Shown here: positions 28,391 through 40,162 of the stretch, in pieces
Layout of the letters: each line of letters starts with the position of its first letter
How positions within the stretch are numbered: the first letter of the stretch is position 1
From: Eledone cirrhosa
Lineage: Eukaryota
Direction of reading: 5' to 3'
Length of the DNA: 64,000 bases
Assembly (NCBI GenBank): GCA_964016885.1
Contig: OZ024742.1
Location: 115,940,001-116,004,000, forward strand
The notes under the pieces: generated by a model
Database searches by the model: none
What the model was told of the DNA's origin: nothing
What the model saw: the letters and a program-made list of their open reading frames with translations, nothing else
Position numbers and translations under genes: made by a program

Positions 28391-28785
28391 GCATTCAGTA
28401 ATCAGATGTGACGTAGGTTTAAAAGCCAAACTCGCTATCTTCAATTCAGTATTCGTGCCAACCCTTACATATGGTCTTGAATCTTGTGTAATGACCGAAA
28501 AAGTGAGATGGTGAATAACAGCAGCCGAAATGGGATTCCTCCGCAGATTCTATAGAGAAACATAACACTTTAAAGTGCGTAGCTTGGAAATCAGTGGCAA
28601 TTCTCCGAATTGAGAAATAACAGCTCCATTAATATGGGCATATGAATGGAATGACAGAGAAGAATCACTGGCAAGACTTTTCGGGCAATAACTACCGGCG
28701 GGTTTCTTCGGTGTAGACCCCACAAGCAAGAGTTTGGATAATACTCATGATCTTGGATGCTCTGGATAGAGTATTCAACGGTATC
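28391..28785 (+). mobile_element. RTE-clade LINE fragment
   Basis: KAKLAIFNSVFVPTLTYGLES...ITAAEMGFLRR. Confidence 0.82.
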
Positions 28786-29000
28786 AGCTGTTTCTAGGGC
28801 GGGTAAAATTCCCGAGATCCATGGACGAGTTCTCTCCAGCGGTCTCTGTCCCTCATTATCGCTGCCATGTCCTGCTCTCCAACAGACCAATGTCTGTCCT
28901 GAGGACATCAACATACATTAAGATTGGTCTTTCTCTTCCATTGTGTCCATGTAGGGGCTCCCACAGGAGCACTGTGTGCAATGTCAACTCTGGATGTCAG

Positions 29001-29003
<3 letters not shown>
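28786..29003 (-). mobile_element. RTE LINE 3' end, same family as 21900-22770
   Basis: Reverse complement matches 22555-22770. Confidence 0.85.
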
Positions 29004-29035
<32 letters not shown>

Positions 29036-29680
29036 TCATTCCAGTAAGTAAGGTACTCAATACATAGCAGAGTATAAAAGTTTTAATATAGAAGAGCTTT
29101 TACAGGACTAGAACTGAGAAATCATCAGGAAGCTGGCTGTCCAAGTAAATGGTAGTATTTATATCTTTCCTTATCTGGTGGTAGGAGAGGGTGGGGATTG
29201 GGATGGGTGTAGGTCATTGGTTGAAGGATTAAAAGCTAATTCTTAAAAGCTATAATATTAACAAAGGAAGAAAGAATATTATAAACAAATTCAAAATTGG
29301 AATACCAATCCTTGTTTATCACTTAGACTAATAATTGTTTCTACTTTTGGCACAAGGCCAGCAAATACCCAATGTATTACCGGTACTTTATTTTATCGAC
29401 CCCGTAAGGATGAAAGGCAAAGTTAACCTCGGCGGGATTTGAACTTAGAATGGCAAGGGCCGTAACTCTACGCGTAGGTGTCTACGGGATGGGTGGGGTT
29501 CAGTGGTTGAAAGAAAAGGGAAATTCTTTAGAAGCTAATTCTTTAAGGCTCAAGTAAGGGTGACAAAGGCAGAAAGGGTTGCATCTTAAGATTCAAGTGT
29601 TGGGGTGAGACCCCTTATTGTGAAGTTTCTCTTAATATATATTCCAGGTGTCGGCAAACACATTCTTACACGCGCCCACT
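29036..29680 (-). mobile_element. Family F PLE pLTR-like element interrupted by a 5'-truncated S1 SINE (29330-29472, minus)
   Basis: Reverse complement of 52231-52730, which lacks the SINE. Confidence 0.78.
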
Positions 29681-29793
29681 AAACACGCACACACACAACA
29701 AACATACATAACGGTACATACACACATACATCTATACAATTATATATATATAGATATTATTATTATGTAATAAACAACATAAGGCAATTATTC

Positions 29794-29847
29794 CATTTAC
29801 CAGTGGTTTCTTAAAAGCAAAAGGTTTTGCTTTCAATCCTCAGAATG
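29794..29847 (-). ncRNA. Type I HHR, intact core
   Basis: catt-CTGAGGA-ttgaaagcaaaa cc ttttgcttttaa-GAAACC ACT GGTA-aatg. Confidence 0.9.
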
Positions 29848-29863
29848 AAAAACCAGGATTTTT

Positions 29864-29918
29864 CATTCTGACGATTGAAAGCAAAACCTTTTTGCTTTTA
29901 AGAAACCACTGGTAAATG
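29864..29918 (+). ncRNA. Type I HHR, intact core
   Basis: catt-CTGACGA-ttgaaagcaaaa cct ttttgcttttaa-GAAACC ACT GGTA-aatg. Confidence 0.9.
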
Positions 29919-30034
29919 GAATAATTGCCTTATGTTGTTTATTACATAATAATAATAATTAAGCTCTGTTGCATACATAGAGCACTCTTTTTTCCTGCAC
30001 GTTTCCGATGGAATTACTTCATTCATACATATAT

Positions 30035-30065
<31 letters not shown>

Positions 30066-30080
30066 TATAGATAGATATAT

Positions 30081-30503
30081 AAATATACACGGGTGTGTAT
30101 GATTGTGTATAGAAGATTATATTAATAAAAGGAATTCCAACTTTGTCTGATTTACTCGTTTTATTTACAATCCTTTAAAATATTTAATGGTATTAGAATG
30201 AAATAGTATGGTAGAATATTAAATGTTAAGTGTTAATTGAACAAGTACGTTCATGCTTTCGCAATCTTCTGGTTGATATTCTGTGGTGACACTCAAGTTT
30301 GCAATTTTCAAATGTTGAAAATTGGAAACTTGACTGACACCACACATCATGAAACTGAAGATTGCGAAAGCATGAAAGTACTTGTTCAATTAACACTTAA
30401 CATTTAATATTCTACCATACTATTTCATTCTAACCATTAAACATTTTAAAGGATTGTAAATAAAACGAGTAAATCAGAATAAGTTAGGATTCCTTTTATT
30501 AAT
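30081..30503. mobile_element. Family A fold-back; HHRs at ~30239-30275 (minus, degenerate) and 30351-30387 (plus)
   Basis: Centre caattttcaa-atg-ttgaaaattg at ~30313. Confidence 0.85.
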
Positions 30504-30639
30504 ATATATATATATATTCGTGCGTACACATATACATACATATATACACACGTGCATACACACACATACATACATACACATACATATATACATATATACA
30601 GTCATATACATATATTTATATACTCAGACATACATACAT

Positions 30640-31379
30640 ATCCTTGGAACTTACCAACTTTTCAACCATCCTCTTGCGTAATCACCTATATAACTCACCC
30701 GCACACACACCCCTAAAAAATGTTTTTCTCCACACGCCACCCACACCCACAACACGCTTAAACCCCACACACACGTGCTTCCCACCACATATTTACACCC
30801 TCAGCCTCCTGATTCCTCTCCCCCAACACCCCCACCCCTATCCACACACGCACAGACACTCCGACCCACAAAAAAAAAACCCACACACACCCCTTCCTAA
30901 ACATGCAACCCCGTTTTTCCCATAACCCTTACTTTCACATACACACACACACGCACACCTACACACACACACCACCTTCAGCCCTCCCCGCTCGGACACC
31001 CCGTCTCCCTCTCCCCACTCCACCCGCCACCACCCCCACTCACCCCACACCATTCCACCACCTGTTTACCCCCCTTTCATTTCAGTTTATTTTGATCATG
31101 CCTTTATTTTTAAATTTTCTCATTCCTTGTATTTTGATCATGCTTTATTTTTATTTTTTATCTTTATTTGTTTTTTTTCATTCGCACCGTTTACTTTCGC
31201 TATATGTCTCTCCACCACTCCCCTACACACCTTTTGAACTCTGTTCCCACACACTTCTCACCTGAGGAAGGGCTTATGCCCGAAACGTCGTCCCCCACCT
31301 ATCCCCCACTCTCCTGAGCGTGAAATTAATAAACATGTATTGTACTGCCTCTCTGTTTTGTCCCTGTTCAAATTTTTCC

Positions 31380-31380
<1 letters not shown>
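30640..31380 (+). mobile_element. PLE 3' end/pLTR with minimal HHR at 31259-31292
   Basis: CTGAGGA-a-gggc ttat gccc-GAAAC GTC; AATAAA downstream; ends in (TA)n. Confidence 0.72.
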
Positions 31381-31427
<47 letters not shown>

Positions 31428-31707
31428 GTATAGGATTACCCAAGATGTAGTAATGGTTAATTACTGCACTGGATATGGTTAACGTACGGTGAGAGGTTAC
31501 TCTACGAGTTATGGAAAAATTGTTGAAGAAACTTAGTTCCTGATCCTTCTGTATTCCGATGCTGTGACCACTGTATTGGATATTTGAGTTCTGCAAATTC
31601 TTGTATATTTGCACATAGCATAACTAGGCTGTAGTACCACCGTGGAAACATTTGTAAGCACACGGAATAAATTACCTTTTTATGATGTCTACCTGTTATT
31701 ATTCATT

Positions 31708-31756
<49 letters not shown>

Positions 31757-31791
31757 GGTGTTAAAGTTTGCTTGAAGCATTGTGAAATGTG

Positions 31792-32105
31792 TAAGAATAC
31801 GTATTTAAGAAAGCCACAACAATGCAAAGGGAAATCTCGAGGTAGGAAGTGAAATATAGATAGGAAAAACAGGTGAAAGTGAAAATTGAGAGAGACAAAG
31901 ATGAAAACAAAACAAAGGTAGAAGGGTTACCGTAGTAGAGATTTAATCCCGGGATTAAATCTCTACTACGGTAACCCTTCTACCTTTGTTTTGTTTTCAT
32001 CTTTGTCTCTCTCAATTTTCACTTTCACCTGTTTTTCCTATCTATATTTCACTTCCTACCTCGAGATTTCCCTTTGCATTGTTGTGGCTTTCTTAAATAC
32101 GTATT

Positions 32106-32109
<4 letters not shown>
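31792..32109. repeat. Perfect 318-bp palindrome, 159-bp arms, no spacer
   Basis: Centre atttaatccc|gggattaaat at 31950/31951; no mismatch seen between arms. Confidence 0.95.
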
Positions 32110-32178
<69 letters not shown>

Positions 32179-32179
32179 T

Positions 32180-32639
32180 TAATTGTAGGGTCCAAGCCGT
32201 ATGAAGAACACAATGTAATCCGTATGTAGATGTCGTGAACCAAAGTTTAAAATACAAAATTTCAACGATATAATTCATTGGAAGCAGACTCAAAATAATA
32301 TAAGCAGTGAAAACAATGAAATTAAACAAAATACGGGTAATTCATATTAAAACTCACTATTTTACGTTCGTTCCTGGGGGGTAGTTCTCCGTATCTTCAT
32401 TCTACTAATACTCACATTCGTCTTTCCTACCCGCCTCTTCAGAAATAAGATTATTTCTAAAGACGGCGGGTAGGAAAGACTATGTATATGTTCTTACTTT
32501 GATAATTTGTATTATATTTTACCTAGATCACTAGCAGAATGAAGATACGGAGAACTACCCCCCAGGAACGATCGTAAAATAGTGAGTTTAACTATGTATT
32601 ACCCGTATTTTGTTTAATTTCATTGTTTTCACTATTTGT

Positions 32640-32643
<4 letters not shown>
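32180..32643. mobile_element. Fold-back element with long-helix-II HHR variants at 32358-32447 (minus) and 32452-32581 (plus)
   Basis: tattt-CT(G/A)AAGA-ggcgggtag//ctaccccc-GGAAC GA(T/A)C GTA-aaata; 3' tail homologous to 61790-62190. Confidence 0.75.
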
Positions 32644-32726
<83 letters not shown>

Positions 32727-34239
32727 GCACATACACACATACATATACATATACATATATTTACACTTACATATATATACACTTACATATATATATACAT
32801 ATACATATACTTATATATACATATGTATATATATATATATATATAGATATATATATATATATTAATATATTAGTACGTACACATATACATAAATGTACAT
32901 ACACAAACATACATACACATACAAGTACACACATACAAATACACATACATATATAAATATATAAATAAATACACAAACACGCACAAACACACATACACAC
33001 ACATATATATGGAAATATATATATATATATATATATAATAAATATATACATACATGTATATATATGTATATATATATATATACATACACACAGACGTATA
33101 TATATATACATACACACATACATATACATATACAAACTCACACACATATACATATTCATACACACACATACATATACACATCTATACACACATATTTATA
33201 AATGAAAAAATATATATAAATATATATAATTAATACAATAACAGAGATAGTTTAAAGCTAAACTCTGACTGGTAACCATCTCACTCAACAAACATTTGAT
33301 TATATTAAAATATAAACCCATTTTAAGTGTTTGGGATGCTAACAAAATATATAATGTGGAAAACCAGTTGTATTATTTTATGAGATATAATTAAAGTTAA
33401 AGTATATCTCTCTTTCCAAACAATTGTTTCATTATAAGTTTTCTACAAGTTTGGGAGAATGTTTCCAGTTTATGTAGAAGCCTAATATATATTCATGTAA
33501 GAATATATTTAGGTGGGCACTTATAAATCGTCAGTGGAAGCCCATTAAACATTGATATAAGAAAACAAATGTCTTACCACTTTCAAAAATCAGGTCCGTA
33601 AAGTAGCTCTCTCTCACCTCGAATGACCAACAAATTTGAAATTCCAGCAGTTTTTGACTGAGGAAGTATCATAGCGACACGAGGCGGGAAGAGGAGACAA
33701 CCCACGAAATGAGGAAAAAAATAATATACACGCGGGTTAATTAGTTTTTTTGAAAACATTATCAATCCGACGTGTTTAAGAACTCAATTGAAAATAAAAA
33801 AATAAATATTTGCTTGTATAAATTACACACGCATATAGATATTTTCTTAGGCTAAATCAGAAGTTGTACCCGAATAAGAACCGCTTCTCATAACCGCAGT
33901 ACATGCAGAAAGTTATGCTATAAAGGGCAAATGGGAATATAATTCTCCGGCCGAAATATTAAGAGTAAAATTTAAAACACACGCGGGTTAATTAGTTATT
34001 ACAAAACCAATATTAGTTCCTCGTGTAAAGAACTCAATTAATAAAAGAAAATAAATACACATGTGCATGTAATTATATACGTAGGTATATATATATATTT
34101 TCCTAGGCTAAAAAACAGAGAAGTTACAACCAAAAAAAGCCACAATATTTCACAACAGTAAAATACGGAAAGTCAAATTCATAAGGTACCTGGAAATAAA
34201 CACCTCTGGCCAATCAAGAGTAACTATTTAATACAATAA

Positions 34240-34900
34240 CAGAACTGGTCTGATAATGAAATCGACATTCTAATAAACACATGACATTGCCTTAACCAAA
34301 CAGAAGACATAGATGCTTCATGTCTGAACGAAATTGCTAAACGTACAGTTCACCTTTTGAAAACCCGATCTGAACAACAGATTCAAAATAAATTAAAGCA
34401 AATCGAAGTTGCTTTTAAATTAATCAATAAACATTCGGATAAACTACGGTGAGTTTTTTCTTCGCACGCTATCCAACAGCACCCGACATTACCGGCACAG
34501 CAACAACAACGACAGCAACAACAGCTACAACAACAACAGCAGCAACAAGAACAACAGCAACAGCAGCAACAACAACAACAGCAGCAGCAACAACAACAAC
34601 AGCAACAACAACAACAACAGCAACAACAACAACAACGGCAACAACAACAGCTACAACAACAACAGCAACAGCAGCAACAACAACAACAGCAACAGCAGCA
34701 ACAACAACAGCAACAGCAGCAACAACAAAGATAACAACAACAACAACAACAGTGTGAACCACTCCTTGATTCATCAACAATGTCCGATCTACTAAATGAA
34801 ACTATTGAATTCCCAGTAGCCACTGTCTCACAGCAGGAAACGCCTCTTCCTTTCTCTGCCCCAGCAGTCCAATCATCACCACTGCCAACAAAACCACTGC

Positions 34901-34949
<49 letters not shown>

Positions 34950-35406
34950 CACTACATATTTGCTTACTGCTATCTCAAGGAATTTACCTCCTAATAACAG
35001 TACAAGAACTCTCCCTCAAACAGCCCACAAAGGTCGTCAAAACGTACTCAAACTATCATCTACACCTCTCACAACACACACACACACATGCACACCCACT
35101 CGAAACACCATCATTTGCCGCTACTCTCTACGCTATAGAATATGTATGGCTAGTGGCTGCAAATTCACCCATTTACCTAGGAGAAAACGGTCTATCCCCA
35201 CAAACAACTGCCACCACCATAATACATACTCTAATTTAACACCAACACAACCACCATTAACTCAAACAAGGAATCCACAAATCTGCCGCTTTTCCCAGCG
35301 AGACAGATTGTGTTTACACCGGGATTGTCCATTTACCCGTCTCCCGGGGACTCGTCGGACAAATGAAAATAAAAATAAAAATAAAAGCAAAAAACAAAAA
35401 CCATAA
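34240..35406 (+). pseudogene. LINE ORF1: Myb/SANT-like N-terminus, polyQ, polyT, two CCCH-type zinc fingers; in-frame TGA at 34282 and 34450
   Basis: Frame of ORF 34780-35406 extended upstream reads WSDNEIDILINT*...IAKR...RSEQQIQNKLK; C-x8-C-x4-C-x3-H and a second copy ending in R. Confidence 0.65.
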
Positions 35407-35568
35407 CCTACATGAAAATAACCACTACCACAGTCACCAACATTCCCCTAAAGAGGAAACTTCTTCCTCTTTTTTAGCCATTATGAATCTGGCAAAAGAA
35501 CTGGAAATAAACATTCGAGCTATCACCCAGCACCATCGTCCAATATCACCCCACTGCACAAACTCCCA

Positions 35569-38500
35569 TTGCTGCCATTAACAAACAAACAAATTAACAA
35601 CACACCAAAACAATTAAAACCATCCACTCTCGCCTCAACATGTTTGCTTAACGGCCAAGGCATCAACCCTTCCACCAATACTCAAAAATGGAAGATCAAA
35701 TTCCTGGAGGACATGGTTGATGTCCATCCAAACCACATCCCTTTCTTCGTCCTCACTGAAACCCATCTCAGTAACCTCCACTTGGAAGCCGCGGTGAAAG
35801 TGAAAAATTTCAAAGCCATCCGTGCTGATCGCGCTGGCAGAAGAAAGGGTGGGACTGCCATTTATGTCCATAATTCTTTCTCAACAGAGGCTATGAACAT
35901 ATTTTCTAATGGATACTGCGAAGCAGTCACTGTATTCAGTCAAACCAACAACCTAATAGTAATTGGGCTCTATAGGCCACCCCAAAAGCCTCTACCATGA
36001 TTCAAGGAATGCCTCAACAGCATAAAGTATTTCATCCAAGAGTGTCACCCTGACAACATCTTAATGATGGGGGACTTCAACCTCCCCGGAGTTGACTGGT
36101 CCACAAACAGCCTGCCACCAGGTTCTTCTGCCTCAACCTCTAACAGGGAAGCAGTGGAATCGCTTCTTGACTTCATGGATGATTTCTTCCTGTCCAAACT
36201 GGTGCTCGAACCAACGAGGTGCCACAAAAACGTCCTAGACTTAAATTTCAGCAATCACACTGACACTATCCACAATATTGCAGTAGAGAAAACTACTCCC
36301 TGATCATGACATGGTTCTCTATGATCTGAGATTCCACCATCCAATATACAAACCCAATGTCATCTCTCCTGTCCATCCGTTTGACACTATGGATTTCCAT
36401 AATGCAAACTGGGAAGTGATCAGTCATGATCTTGCACATGTCGACTGGTCCTTCACGCACACTGACACACCCACTAACATCAAAATGTCCTGGAAGACAT
36501 TTGTGGACACTGTTACAAACATATGTGCAAAACACAACCCATTAAGAACTATAAACAAATCTAAGAACAGAATCCCTAGAAATAGAAAAACGCTCATCAG
36601 GAAAATTAAGAGAACTAACAAAAAATCAACAAGCTGAAATACTGTCAGCAGCAACACACCAACTTGACTGCCATTTCATCACTAGAGATTAAAACACATA
36701 ACCTCCAAAAGAATATGATGTCTATCATCAACAATCAAATAAGAGCTGAAGAGGCCTGGGCCATTGAGAAGATCAAACTCAATCCCAAAGTCTTATTTTC
36801 ATTTGCAAAAAAACACAAAATCACTGGCTCTACTGTTGGCCTACTAATTGATGAAAATGGCACTCCTCAAGACAATGCTAAAACCATGGGTGAGATACTG
36901 CAGAAACAATACTGCTCTGTTTTCAGCAATCCTGATATGGCCTATCTGGGCTGTATCGGCTATGTTACTCCCCATTACACCTTATCGGACACAACGTTTG
37001 GCGCCCCTGATGTCTTAGCGGCAATAAAGGAAATCAAGCATAATTCAGGAGTAGGTCCCGATAGGTTCCCTGCTTGTGTCTTGAAGGCGTGTCAACACCA
37101 ACTTGCATCTCCTCTTGCCAATCCGTGGCGGAACTCACTAGATGCTGGATATGTGCCAGAAAACCTTCTATCCCAGTCTGTTGTCCCAGTTTTCAAAAAA
37201 GGAAACAAATCCCTTGCCGCGAATTACCGTCCAATCACACTCACCTTTCATATCGTTAAGGTATTTGAGAGAGTGGTGAGATCGCGAATGGCTCACTTCC
37301 TTGAGAGTAACAATATGCTGAACTCCAACCAGCATGGATTCCGTAATGGAAGGGATTGCCTGACGCAGCTACTTCATCACTCTGATGACATTTTGAGAGC
37401 CTTGGGAGAGGGTTCCTTCACTGATGTTATCTACCTTGATTTCAGCAAGGCCTTTGATAGGGTTGATCACAACATTCTACTGAGAAAGCTGTCCAATATT
37501 GGTGTCACTGGAAAGCTGCTGCAGTGGATCAAGTGCTTCCTGTCAAACAGAACCCAACATGTTGTAGTCGAAGGAGTCAGATCCAGCCCAGCCAAAGTCA
37601 TTAGTGGGGTCCCACAAAGCACTGAGTTGGGCCCACTTTTCTTCATCATCTATATTAATGACATCACTGACATCATCAAACACAGCAACATTAGAATTTA
37701 CGCTGATGATTCCAAGCTCCAGAAGGTCATCAATGGCATGGATGACCGGATAAGCCTTCAGTCAGACCCAATGGGCGGAAAAGAACAACATCGTACTGAA
37801 CGAAGACAAATTCCAAATGACCCACTTTGGAAAAGAGGATGCTCTGAAACTCCCGTACCCCTTCCCTCCGGTGAAACTCTCGTGACATCTAACAACATCA
37901 GAGACTTCGGAGTAACTGTGGACAGCAACATAAGCTGGGCCACGCATATAAGCAGCAAATTTGACATGGCCCGCAGAATGTGTTCCTGGATCCTCAAAAC
38001 CTTCCAGTCGAGAGATTCCCACACCATTATCCTTCTCTTCTCCACTTTTGCTCGACCACATCTTGAATACTGTTGTCCAATGTGGTCTCCCCATACGAAA
38101 CAAAGTATCATAAAACTTGAAGCTCCCCAAAGGGCAATCACCAAAAAGATAGATGGCATGTCAGACTTTGACTACTGGGGTCGACTAGAAAAGCTGAAAC
38201 TTTACTCGCTCCAACGTCGCCGTGAGCGTTATATTATCTGCATTATGTGGAAAATGTTTCATCAGCACTCTCCAAATGATGTTGGCATCACCTTCAAAAT
38301 ACACCTAAGGCTTGGGCCCCGTGCTATCCGTCCCAAACAAAAATCTAATTCACTACTCATAACAACAATACGGCACAATTATTTCACCTCAATTGGCCCT
38401 GCTCTCTTCAACATCACACCAGGACACGTCAAAACAGAAACTGACCACACAAAATTCAAGATGTCTTTGGACAAATTCCGCCAAGTAATCCCGGACAAAC

Positions 38501-38571
38501 CACCCACACCCGGATATGTCTCCGCAAACAGTAATTCCCTTCTCGAATGGGCCATGGTGCCCAAATCCTGA
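35569..38571 (+). pseudogene. LINE ORF2: apurinic-like endonuclease + reverse transcriptase, with stops and frameshifts
   Basis: LTETHL, RADR..RKGGTAIYV, LYRPP, MGDFNLP, LDL..S; NYRPITL, QHGFR, YLDFSKAFDRV, SGVPQS, YADD, RPHLEYC. Confidence 0.93.
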
Positions 38572-38751
38572 ATTGAAAGACTTCGCCAGGTGGTGCTATT
38601 AAGTTAGACATGGTCAGGGCCAATACTGGCCAAAACATTTCAAAGTTATTCAAAGTTATACACACACATATACATATACATACACATAAATGCATACATA
38701 CCCACATGCATTTACACACACATACATATATATAAATAAAAACATATTATA

Positions 38752-39130
38752 TATCACCTTGAATCACCTTGACCGACCAGTCAGTCGGGCGCCATTCGGC
38801 GCCCGTGTTCATTGCATGTGCTGTTTTAGCCATACGATGACGCCAACCCACTGGCTGTGCTGGCAGGCCGTAAGTCTAAAGTCTGTCTTAAGCCAGAAGG
38901 CTCATTTGGCCGGTGCTTATCCCGGTTTATTGTCGTGAAGCGATAGGAGGCTAGTCCATCTCAGGGTTAAACTTCAGCTATTGCTGGTACTCATTTTCAG
39001 CTGAGAAAACTGGAGCAACATGAAATAAAGTGTCTTGCTCAAGGAAACAACACATCACCCGGTCCGAGAATTGAAATCATAACCTTTCGATTGCAAGCCT
39101 ACTGCTCTAACCACTAAGTCATGCGCCTTC
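38752..39130 (-). mobile_element. tRNA-derived CORE-type SINE (family S2)
   Basis: tRNA-like head gaaggcgcatgacttagtggttaga, CORE-like tccttgagcaagacactt, duplicated caaggtgat tail. Confidence 0.82.
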
Positions 39131-39140
39131 ACATATAATA

Positions 39141-39361
39141 ACAGAACACACTCACTGTTTGGTTGGTTTTCGCTTCTGTATCTTTTATATCAGTTAATTT
39201 ATTCGGTCCTCAATGTTTACCATTGACTGACTAACGGTCAAAAATACAGATATAATATAGACACGAACACATATATATAGTTTTTACAAAGTTCTTTCGT
39301 TGCACATCTGCAACATCGTCAGTGTTGCTATTATGTTTACTCCTGTTGTAAATGTTTGATT

Positions 39362-39408
<47 letters not shown>

Positions 39409-39442
39409 ACTATGTGTGTAGTTATGTGTATGTATATATATA

Positions 39443-39524
<82 letters not shown>

Positions 39525-39792
39525 CACATATATGACAGGAGGAAACATAGTAGCACCACTGACGTTGTTGCAGATGTGCAACGAAAGAACTTTGTAACAC
39601 TATATATATGTGTTCGTGTCTATGTTATATCTGTATTTTTGACCGTTGGTCAGTCAATGGTAATCATTGAGGAACGAATAAATTAACTGAAATAAAAGAT
39701 ACCGAGGCGAAAAACAACCAGACAGTGAGTGGGTTCTGTTATTAATTCTAGCAATATTATTACAACAATATCTCACTCCCCAAGTATAACAA
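39141..39792. mobile_element. Two inverted PLE family E pLTR fragments; HHRs at 39286-39325 (minus) and 39555-39595 (plus)
   Basis: CTGACGA-t-gttgca gatg tgcaac-GAAAG AA CTT (right copy has CTGACGT); microsatellite between the arms. Confidence 0.82.
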
Positions 39793-39819
39793 CATATATA
39801 TATATATACATAAAAAATG

Positions 39820-39871
<52 letters not shown>

Positions 39872-39875
<4 letters not shown>

Positions 39876-40059
39876 GAAAATTGCAAACTTGACTGTCACC
39901 ACACATTATGAACCTGAAGATTGGGAAAGCATGAAAGTACTTGTTCGATTAGCACTTAACTTTTAATATTCTATCATACTATTTCATTATAATACCATTA
40001 TAAATGTTACAGGATTGTAAATAATACGAGTAAATCAGACAAAGATGGAATTCCTCTTA

Positions 40060-40063
<4 letters not shown>
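39872..40063 (+). mobile_element. Family A element with HHR at 39910-39946
   Basis: gaac-CTGAAGA-ttgggaaagcat-GAAAGTACTT-gttc. Confidence 0.8.
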
Positions 40064-40158
<95 letters not shown>

Positions 40159-40162
40159 ATAT

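Larger units (their letters stand above)
29756..29959. mobile_element. ~200-bp fold-back element of two back-to-back HHRs
   Basis: Inverted arms centred at ~29855. Confidence 0.88.
33600..38659 (+). mobile_element. Near full-length, decayed CR1/L2-group LINE
   Basis: 5' tandem monomers, ORF1, APE + RT ORF2, 3' tail (ttcaaagtta)x2; 5' boundary approximate. Confidence 0.88.

Noticed and set aside
34282-34452. Two in-frame TGA codons as selenocysteine or readthrough
   Set aside because: The element has many other stops and frameshifts; TGG>TGA and CGA>TGA decay is simpler; no SECIS recognised
34383-34952. Poly-Cys/poly-Val ORF (minus) and poly-Thr/Ala ORF (plus)
   Set aside because: Alternative frames of the (CAA/CAG)n tract of LINE ORF1
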